Below are positions 1 through 6,747 of a stretch of DNA of 56,872 nt, piece by piece. The DNA lies in the NCBI GenBank assembly GCA_021737325.1, contig JAIPED010000003.1:1-56872 (forward strand), given 5' to 3'. Positions within the stretch are counted from its first letter, which is position 1. Every line of letters starts with the position of its first letter. The notes beneath the pieces are model-generated. The model saw only the letters and a list, made by a program, of their open reading frames with translations. It was not told the origin of the DNA and ran no database searches. Both the position numbers and the translations under genes were made by a program. The DNA is from Deltaproteobacteria bacterium. Lineage in GTDB: Bacteria; Desulfobacterota; Syntrophia; Syntrophales; JAIPED01.

Positions 1-653
1 AAATCCTGGGCAATCTCACTTGCTCGTTTGTTGAGCGCCGCCATTTGTTTTATCGCATTGGCAATAACGGCTTCTGGAGCGGCTTCTCCCTTGATGGCGG
101 TGGAGACTATCCCCATACCCAGAGGCTTGGTCAAAAGCAACGCATCGCCAGCCCTAGCTCCCCGATTAAAAAAGATGCGCGATGGGGCAACAACACCAGT
201 AACGGAAAGGCCATATTTAATCTCGTCATCTTCAACGCTGTGGCCACCAACGAGGAGCGCCCCCGCCTCCCGAATTTTTTCCATCCCACCTTTTAAAATC
301 GCCCGGAAGATATCATTTTCCATCTTGCCGATGGGAAAGCAGACTATGTTCATGGCTGTTAGTGGCTTTCCTCCCATAGCGTAAATATCGCTTAGGGCAT
401 TAGCAACGGCAATCTGTCCAAAAGCGAAGGGGTCATCAACAATAGGCGTAAAAAAATCAAGCGTTTGGATAAGTGCGGTTTCATCGTTAAGCAGATACAC
501 TCCTGCATCCTCGCTATTTTCAAAAGAAGTTAAAAGCCGTTCGTCGGCAAGCAAGGGCAGATCTTTTAGGATATCAGAGAGGTCCCCCGGACCTATCTTA
601 CAGGCTCAACCAGCGGCTTTGACGCACTGTGTTAGGCGGATATTGTTGGCCAT
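1..653 (-). CDS. selD: Selenide, water dikinase (selenophosphate synthetase), selenocysteine-containing; 3' end runs off the window
   Basis: Manual translation from ATG 653: MANNIRLTQCVKAAG-(TGA 608-606)-ACKIGPGDL...SEDAGVY...QTLDFFTPIVDDPFAFGQIAVANALSDIYAMGGKP...GGHSVEDDEIKYGL...LTKPLGMG. The frame stays open to base 1. RBS GGGAGG lies upstream. Absent from the ORF track. Confidence 0.95.
576..598 (-). promoter_or_regulatory. Putative bacterial SECIS hairpin downstream of the in-frame UGA
   Basis: mRNA AGAU-AGGUCC-GGG-GGACCU-CUCU. The core stem begins about 12 nt after the UGA and has a G-rich apical loop. Confidence 0.65.
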
Positions 654-848
654 TTCTTCGCACCTCCCTGTGCTATGTCCCATAACCTACAAGCAAAGTT
701 GGGTCAATGAGAGAAGCATTTCCTGTCAAGATTAAATTCATTGCCCCGTTTTATGATACGCGATTCCTCCTAAAAATTTTAAAAACATTCTTGCCCACTT
801 AAGAAAAATGACAGAAGGTCAAGCCTTCTGGGAGAGAGGGCAAAGAAC

Positions 849-1805
849 ATGACCTACGGCAAAGCAAATAGGGCAACCGCGAGGGTTGCCCCTACATATG
901 CCGATATTCCCGGTTTTTGTGCGTCGGTTTCCATCAATCGGGTGCGCGGACTGGACTATGTGCTCACACTGGGCAGCTATGTCGGACTTCCGGACGATGA
1001 GGACGAACAAAAAGCTATCGCCTCGGTGCTCTCCAGCCTTGATGACAAAATCGACCTGCTCCACCGCCAAAACAAAACCCTCGAAGCCATGGCCGAAACC
1101 CTCTTCCGCCAGTGGTTTATTGAGAATGCGCCTCAACCCTCACCCCAGCCCTCTCCCAGCGGGAGAGGGTGTAAAAAAGAAGCTCAGGAGGATTGGGAGG
1201 AGGGCAAGGTTAAAGATATTGTCGATGTACTCTCTGGATTTGCATTTAAAAGTTCAGTCTTCGTAGAAGCCGGTACATATCGATTGATAACTATCAAGGC
1301 TGTGCAGGATGGTTATCTTGAAGTCAATGGCGCTGTCCAAATTGAGGATGTGCCTTCTCAGACCCCTGGCTACTGCTTCCTAGAACATGGAGACATTCTA
1401 CTTTCGCTCACAGGGAATGTTGGACGATGTTGCATGGTTGATGCTGAAAAGTTGCTGCTTAATCAGCGTGTTGCAAAACTTCGGGCTAAAAATGAGCGTG
1501 ATTGGGCGTTTGTGTATGTAATGTTTCGACAGCAGTCGATGCGGCAAACCCTTGAGGAAACGGGGAAAGGAACTGCTCAATCGAATTTGAGCCCGGTTGA
1601 GATGAGTAACATGCCGATGCAAGTACCTTGGTCAGAGTTGTTGGCGAAGTTCAGCCTCAAAACAACACCAATGCTGAAAAAAGTACTCACGAATAAGATA
1701 CAGATACAAAATCTAGAAAAACTCCGCGACACCCTTCTCCCCAAACTCATGAGCGGTGAAGTGAGGGTCGATATTAACATCGAGCCGAAGGGTGAATGCG
1801 CATGA
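849..1805 (+). CDS. hsdS: Chimeric ORF: HsdM C-terminal remnant fused to half a type I HsdS (conserved region + one TRD + C-terminal conserved region)
   Basis: YADIPGFCASV...LDYVLTLGSYVGLPDDED resembles the HsdM tail. EQKAIASVLSSLDDKIDLLHRQNKTLEAMAETLFRQWF and LEKLRDTLLPKLMSGEVRV are HsdS conserved helices. Only one TRD is present. Confidence 0.85.
   Translation: MTYGKANRATARVAPTYADIPGFCASVSINRVRGLDYVLTLGSYVGLPDDEDEQKAIASVLSSLDDKIDLLHRQNKTLEAMAETLFRQWFIENAPQPSPQPSPSGRGCKKEAQEDWEEGKVKDIVDVLSGFAFKSSVFVEAGTYRLITIKAVQDGYLEVNGAVQIEDVPSQTPGYCFLEHGDILLSLTGNVGRCCMVDAEKLLLNQRVAKLRAKNERDWAFVYVMFRQQSMRQTLEETGKGTAQSNLSPVEMSNMPMQVPWSELLAKFSLKTTPMLKKVLTNKIQIQNLEKLRDTLLPKLMSGEVRVDINIEPKGECA
871..895 (-). 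repeat. GTAG-type REP palindrome in frame in the HsdM remnant
   Basis: GGGCAACC-GCGAG-GGTTGCCC-CTAC. Same arms as 4447-4472 inside the RAYT gene. Confidence 0.8.
1137..1169 (+). repeat. Palindromic repeat CCCTCACCCCAGCCCTCTCCCAGCGGGAGAGGG inserted in frame in hsdS
   Basis: Hairpin CCCTCTCCC-AGC-GGGAGAGGG, translated as PSPQPSPSGRG, between the conserved helix and the TRD. Confidence 0.75.
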
Positions 1806-3556
1806 GTAAGCTGCACTCTATTTCGATAACCAACATAAAAGGGATAGGCGCACAAAAGACATTCGAATTAGGCTTGTTTCCGAATAAGCCGAGCTTGCTC
1901 GTGGCACCAAATGGTTTCGGAAAAAGTTCATTGGCTTGCGCGTTCAACTCAATGAATGGCAATAGAATCGATTTGGCCGAGAAAGACTACCATGAGAAAA
2001 ATGCTGCGAATCTTCCGATAATTTCGATAAATTTTGACGGCACACAGTATGATGCAACGAATGCGACGAATGCCATCGCCGGTGCCTTTGACGTCTTCGT
2101 AATCAACAGTCAGGTTGTGGCTAAGGCTACAAAGCGGAATATGGGACGGTTCACTACTGTGTCGGCAAGTTTAGATGTCACCTCTGTCGTGTTGATTGAC
2201 AGAATTCCTGCCAAAGTGGATTTTGCATATAGTCACCCGCAGTGTAAAAGGACGTTCGGCACTAATGGCAAAATTTTGCCCGACGCGACACCTTTGCTCA
2301 ACAATTTGGAGTTTCTTGCCCGTTTGGAAGCCGGGACTGACTTTCACAATTTCGGGCTGGTAAGGGCGTACAAGCTTCTTGTCGATCCAGTGATTGATAA
2401 TATTAATCGGCAGCCGGGCTCAGGCGACCAGATTAAGGTGTGGATGAGCACAAATGTGATGACCGATCTCGAAGCGATCGCTCCATTGAAAGCGTTGAAA
2501 ACAGTCATTAAGGAAGTGACGGGAAACGATGATGTCGAATCCTATTTGCTTGCGTGGCAGTTGGCACGGGAATCTCAAGATGCAAACTTTAGGGCCGCGT
2601 TGGAGTACAAGCTGTATCTGCGAGAGAAGAAGTTTTACGACGAACTTTTAAAATCCTTTGACACTACACGGCACAACATTTGCACCTCCGAAGACAAAAT
2701 TGATAAAACGAAAAAAAAGCTTGTGGTCAATTTCCCGCGTGCAGATGAAATATCGAATGGACAAAGAGATGTGCTCACTTTTGTGGCTCAATTGCATCGA
2801 GCTAGAAGAAAGCTGAAGAAACCCAACTGTATTTTGATTATCGACGAAATCTTTGATTATTTGGATGATGCCAATCTTGTTGCCTTTCAATATTACATCA
2901 CCCAATTCATAGAAGAGTTCAAAGCGCAAACCAGGAATCTTTATCCGCTTCTGCTAACGCACTTGGATCCTGCGTACTTTCGGCATTTCTGTTTCAATCG
3001 ACACAAATTGCAGGTCAGATATTTGAACAAGGATGCGGCTGCAACTCAGTCGGCCTGCTTGAGCCTTGTTCGGAAGCGGGATGATCCTTCCATTGAAGCC
3101 GCTGTGAGCGCACACCATTTTCACTTCAACCCAGCGGAGCAGGACTTACAGGCTGAGTTTGGTGCTTTGGCGCTGAATGTAGCGTGGGGCAAGTCGCATG
3201 AGTTTTATGTCTATGTAAAGGGTGAGGCGGAGAAATATCTCCGGATCCAGCAATATGATGCGATTGCGGTATTGCTTGCTGTCAGGATTTGTATCGAAAC
3301 TTTAGCGTACAATAAGTTGCCTGCTGATGCAAAGCAGGGGTTCATTGATACACACAAAACCGCAAGTAAACTCGATTATTGTGAAGAACATGGCGTCGCC
3401 ATACCAGAAACATACTACTTGTTAGGTCTGATTTACAACGACGACTTGCACTGGAGGGAGGGCCGGGATTATGACACCCCTTTAAGGGCGAAGCTTGAAA
3501 ACCTGACGATTAGAAATATGATGAAGGAGGTTTTGAGTGAAAAGAGTACAAGTTAA
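1802..3556 (+). CDS. ABC/SMC-type ATPase with C-terminal HEPN-like region (PrrC/RloC-like, AAA_13-like) putative defence nuclease
   Basis: Walker A APNGFGKS, signature ISNGQ, Walker B ILIIDE plus D-loop YLD, H-loop LLTH. C-terminal R-x3-E (RICIE) and N-x3-H (NDDLH). Sits between hsdS and hsdR, with an ATGA overlap on the hsdS stop. Confidence 0.7.
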   Translation: MSKLHSISITNIKGIGAQKTFELGLFPNKPSLLVAPNGFGKSSLACAFNSMNGNRIDLAEKDYHEKNAANLPIISINFDGTQYDATNATNAIAGAFDVFVINSQVVAKATKRNMGRFTTVSASLDVTSVVLIDRIPAKVDFAYSHPQCKRTFGTNGKILPDATPLLNNLEFLARLEAGTDFHNFGLVRAYKLLVDPVIDNINRQPGSGDQIKVWMSTNVMTDLEAIAPLKALKTVIKEVTGNDDVESYLLAWQLARESQDANFRAALEYKLYLREKKFYDELLKSFDTTRHNICTSEDKIDKTKKKLVVNFPRADEISNGQRDVLTFVAQLHRARRKLKKPNCILIIDEIFDYLDDANLVAFQYYITQFIEEFKAQTRNLYPLLLTHLDPAYFRHFCFNRHKLQVRYLNKDAAATQSACLSLVRKRDDPSIEAAVSAHHFHFNPAEQDLQAEFGALALNVAWGKSHEFYVYVKGEAEKYLRIQQYDAIAVLLAVRICIETLAYNKLPADAKQGFIDTHKTASKLDYCEEHGVAIPETYYLLGLIYNDDLHWREGRDYDTPLRAKLENLTIRNMMKEVLSEKSTS

Positions 3557-3661
3557 GAGAAGTTTACGAGAAGACAGCGGAACGGATGTTTTGTAATTTG
3601 CTGATTATCAGAATCTTACTTCTCTTGATTATACTCGTGATTTCTGCGGTTTTAAGAGAAG
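3548..3661 (+). repeat. 114-bp non-coding element, copy A
   Basis: Ungapped alignment with 6612-6725 gives 96/114 identical by hand count. Contains TTAAGAGAA-like 9-mers in both orientations and a central CTGAT-T-ATCAG palindrome. Confidence 0.9.
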
Positions 3662-3684
3662 CTAGACAGGGAACGCACAGTCTT

Positions 3685-3840
3685 ATGAGCAAATTAATTA
3701 CCGAGTCCGCCATCGAAACCTTCGCCATCGAGCTGTTTGAAAAGCTCGGGTATCAGTATGTCTATGCTCCAGATATCGCGCCGGACAGCGTTACGCCCCT
3801 ACCCATAACCATATCCGGAGAAGTGCAGGTGGAAATATGA
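3685..3840 (+). pseudogene. Mini-ORF: hsdR 5' fragment fused to an hsdS 3'-end-like fragment
   Basis: MSKLITESAIETFAIELFEKLGYQYVYAPDIAPDS matches the HsdR start. The following TPLPITISGEVQVEI* parallels TLLPKLMSGEVRVDI of HsdS. The stop overlaps the next ATG. Confidence 0.85.
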
Positions 3841-4127
3841 GCAATAACCATCTCCCGGAAAAAGCTCAAAACTTCGTCATTTTCCAAACGGAAACGGGCA
3901 AAATTAACATAGAAGTCTTTTTTCACAACGAGACCCTTTGGCTTACACAAAAAAAGATTGCAGAACTGTTTGAAAAAGACCGCAGTGTAATCACAAAGCA
4001 CCTGAAAAATATTTTTAACGAAGAAGAATTGGATGAAAAAGTGGTATGTGTAAATTTTGCACACACCACTCAACACGGCGCCATCAAAGGCAAAACCCAG
4101 CGGGGACGGCATGAAACACAATCCTGA
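3837..4127 (+). pseudogene. RhuM-family (virulence protein) N-terminal fragment
   Basis: FVIFQTETG...ETLWLTQKKIAELFEKDRSVITKHLKNIFNEEEL...FAHTTQHGAIKGKTQ is typical of the RhuM N-terminus. Truncated at 96 aa. Confidence 0.75.
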
Positions 4128-4752
4128 CATTCTTCATCGCCGTTCGATTCGTTTGTGTGGTTACGATTATTCACAGGCGGGGTTGTATTTTGTGACGATT
4201 TGCACCCAGGGGCGGCACCATCTGTTCGGCGATATTGTGGATGGCACGGTTCAATTCACCGACGCTGGAGAAATGGTGCGCACCGTATGGGAGGGAATCC
4301 CATCCCATTATCCGGGTGTCGAAATCGATCAATTTGTCGTCATGCCCAACCATTTTCATGGGATCGCGGTCATCGTAGGGGCAGGCCCCCGTGCCTGCCT
4401 TGATGGCGATGGGCAACCGGAACAAACAGGGCAACCACATCCAATCGGGCAACCACGGGGGGTTGCCCCTACGGGGTATTCATTGCCGGACATGGTCCAT
4501 CGGTTCAAAACCATGACCACAAAAAAATATGTGGATGGGGTTAAATTACATGGCTGGCAACGATTCGACGGCAAATTGTGGCAACGCAATTATTGGGAAC
4601 ATATTGTCCGTAACAAACAGGAATTGTTTCGCATCCGGCAGTACATCGAAACCAACCCCGTCCAATGGGAAAACGACAAATTGAACGGCGGTTCGGGCAA
4701 TCAGGTTTTGGAACCGCAAACAGAATACGGCTGGGAATCATGGATGGTATGA
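4111..4752 (+). mobile_element. REP-associated tyrosine (Y1/HUH) transposase, RAYT
   Basis: RRSIRL.GYDYSQAGLYFVTICT, HUH motif MPNHFHGI, WQRNYWEHIVR, YIETNP..W. Internal REPs are translated as VGAGPRAC and GQPRGVAPT. Confidence 0.9.
4375..4472. repeat. Inverted REP pair inside the RAYT gene
   Basis: GTAGGGGCAGGCCCCCGTGCCTGCC (4375-4399) and GGGCAACC-N6-GGTTGCCCCTAC (4447-4472). GGGCAACC recurs at 4411, 4429 and 4447 (18-bp period). Confidence 0.85.
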
Positions 4753-4955
4753 ACATCACCGAATCCGCTATCGAAACCTTTGCCATCGAGTTGTTCGAGA
4801 AGCTCGGGTATCAGTACATCTATGCCCCGGACATCGCACCAGACAGCGAAACGCCAGAGCGCGAACGCTTCGAAGATGTGTTGCTGCTGGAGCGGCTGCA
4901 CTTTGCGGATTCCGGACTAACTGGACAACGAAAATACGATGGAGTTGGACGATGA
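4749..4955 (+). pseudogene. Mini-ORF: second hsdR 5' fragment
   Basis: MNITESAIETFAIELFEKLGYQYIYAPDIAPDSETPERERFEDVLLLERL is near-identical to the start of 6748..9987. ATGA overlaps at both ends. Confidence 0.9.
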
Positions 4956-6601
4956 ACGCATACGACAAACTGAAAGCTTTGCTTGAATTGCCCGCTGAGA
5001 CCGAAACGGTCGAGTTCAAGGAGGCGAAGAACGGCTACGATTTCACGAAGCTGGGACGCTATTTTTCGGCGCTGAGCAACGAGGCAAATCTGAACCGTCA
5101 TTCGAGCGCATGGCTGGTTTTCGGCGTGAACAACGCACGCCAGGTGGTGGGGACGAAGTACCGTAGTAACCGGCCTGATCTGGACCATCTGAAGGAAGAA
5201 ATCGCCAACAAGATCAGTCATCGTATTACATTTATTGAAATCCATGAGGTGCCGCACGAAAACGGGCGCGTTGTTCTGTTTCAGATTCCTGCCGCGCCCA
5301 AGGGGTTGCCGATTGCTTTTGAAGGGCACTATTACGGGCGCGACGGCGAAGCGCTGTCGCCGCTGAATCTGGAAGAGATCGAGCGCATCCGTGCACAGGC
5401 GACGCAGGAGGACTGGAGCGCCGCCGTGGTGTTCGGTGCCGGGCTGGACGATTTGGATGCGGAAGCGCTGGCGGTGGCGCGGAAGAATTTCAAGAACAAA
5501 CTTCCGGATAAAGCTAGTGAGGTGGATGGCTGGGACGATATGACATTTCTGAACAAGGCGAAGCTGACCATCAAGGGGCAGATTACGCGTACGGCGTTAT
5601 TGCTTCTTGGTAAAGAAGAGGCGGAGCATTTCCTGTTACCAGCGGATGCCAAGATCCGCTGGCTGTTGAAGGATCATCAGGGTAACGACCGCGATTATGC
5701 GCTGTTCGGCGTGCCGCTGCTATTGGCGGTGGACAAGGCGTACGCCAAAATCCGTAATCTGAAATATCGTTATATCCGCGAAGGAACATTGTTTCCGGAA
5801 GAGACAGATCAGTATGAACCGTATGCGCTTCGCGAGGCGCTGAATAATTGTATTGCCCATCAGGACTATACGCTGGCCGGACGAATCAATGTGGTTGAGC
5901 GCGAAGACAGTCTGACCTTTACCAATTTGGGGAGTTTTGTGCCGGGGGATGTTCAGCGTGTGGTGATGGAGGATGCACCCGAAGAGCATTACCGCAACCG
6001 GTTTCTGGCGACGGCGATGTTCAACCTGAAAATGGTGGATACGGCAGGCGGCGGTATCCGCAAGCTGTTTATGTTTCAGAAGCAGCGGTTTTTCCCGCTT
6101 CCCGACTATGATCTTTCTAATAATCGGGTTCAGGTTACGCTGACCGGAAAAGTGCTGGATATGGATTATGCGCGATTGCTGGCAGGTAATGGCGATCTGA
6201 CACTTCAGGAGATTATCGCCCTGGACAAAGTGCAGAAACGTAAAGCGTTGGATGCGGGAGAAGAAAAGCTGCTAAAGACCAAGGCTCTCGTCGAAGGGCG
6301 CAAGCCGAATTTCTACATTGCCAAATCCATTGCGCAAAATACGGGACAAAAGGCTTCCTACAGCAAGAACCGGGCGTTTAATAAGCAGTATTATCTCGAT
6401 CTGATCTGTAAGGCGGTTGGCGAGCACGGCACCATGTCCCGCAAGGATATTGACGAGCTTCTCTGGAATAAGTTGCCCGAATGGATGGGTGATAAGCAGA
6501 AGAGGGGGAAAGTCGGGAACCTCATCACTGAGTTGCGCAAGAATGAAATGATAGAAAACATTGGAACGATCAAATACCCGGAATGGGTTCTCTTAAAATG
6601 A
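4952..6601 (+). CDS. Schlafen/AlbA_2 domain + HATPase_c_4 (RecG-C-like) + winged-helix protein
   Basis: ETETVEFKE, SALSN, WLVFGV (Schlafen/AlbA_2). LREALNNCIAHQDY, NLGSF, YRNRFLA, MVDTAGGGI (HATPase_c_4). Confidence 0.85.
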   Translation: MNAYDKLKALLELPAETETVEFKEAKNGYDFTKLGRYFSALSNEANLNRHSSAWLVFGVNNARQVVGTKYRSNRPDLDHLKEEIANKISHRITFIEIHEVPHENGRVVLFQIPAAPKGLPIAFEGHYYGRDGEALSPLNLEEIERIRAQATQEDWSAAVVFGAGLDDLDAEALAVARKNFKNKLPDKASEVDGWDDMTFLNKAKLTIKGQITRTALLLLGKEEAEHFLLPADAKIRWLLKDHQGNDRDYALFGVPLLLAVDKAYAKIRNLKYRYIREGTLFPEETDQYEPYALREALNNCIAHQDYTLAGRINVVEREDSLTFTNLGSFVPGDVQRVVMEDAPEEHYRNRFLATAMFNLKMVDTAGGGIRKLFMFQKQRFFPLPDYDLSNNRVQVTLTGKVLDMDYARLLAGNGDLTLQEIIALDKVQKRKALDAGEEKLLKTKALVEGRKPNFYIAKSIAQNTGQKASYSKNRAFNKQYYLDLICKAVGEHGTMSRKDIDELLWNKLPEWMGDKQKRGKVGNLITELRKNEMIENIGTIKYPEWVLLK

Positions 6602-6611
6602 TGCCAAGCGC

Positions 6612-6725
6612 ACAAGTTAAGAGAAGTTTATGAGAAGGTAGCGGAACGGCTAATTTATAATATGTTGATTATCATAAACTTACTTCTCTTAATTTCACTC
6701 ATGAGTTTTGCTGTTTTAAGAGAAG
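6612..6725 (+). repeat. 114-bp non-coding element, copy B
   Basis: Paralog of 3548-3661. Perfect IHF consensus AATCAACATATTA on the minus strand at 6658-6670. Confidence 0.9.
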
Positions 6726-6747
6726 AGAGGTAGGGGAAACGCAGTCT

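Noticed and set aside
28-384. Plus-strand ORFs 28..384 and 45..296
   Set aside because: Antisense shadows of selD on the minus strand.
3586-3684. Hydrophobic N-terminal extension of ORF 3586..3840 as a membrane or toxin peptide
   Set aside because: It is a translation of the non-coding repeat; the frame is not preserved in copy B, and the homologous start is ATG 3685.
4411-4472. 18-bp periodic GGGCAACC repeats as a mini-CRISPR
   Set aside because: Units are too short, lie in frame within the RAYT, derive from REP arms, and no cas genes are present.
3548-6725. 114-bp repeats as integron attC sites or dif/pdif sites
   Set aside because: No RYYYAAC...GTTRRRY-bounded single hairpin, since the inverted motifs are in the wrong order to fold as one stem. 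No integron integrase in the window, and no 11-6-11 XerC/XerD layout.
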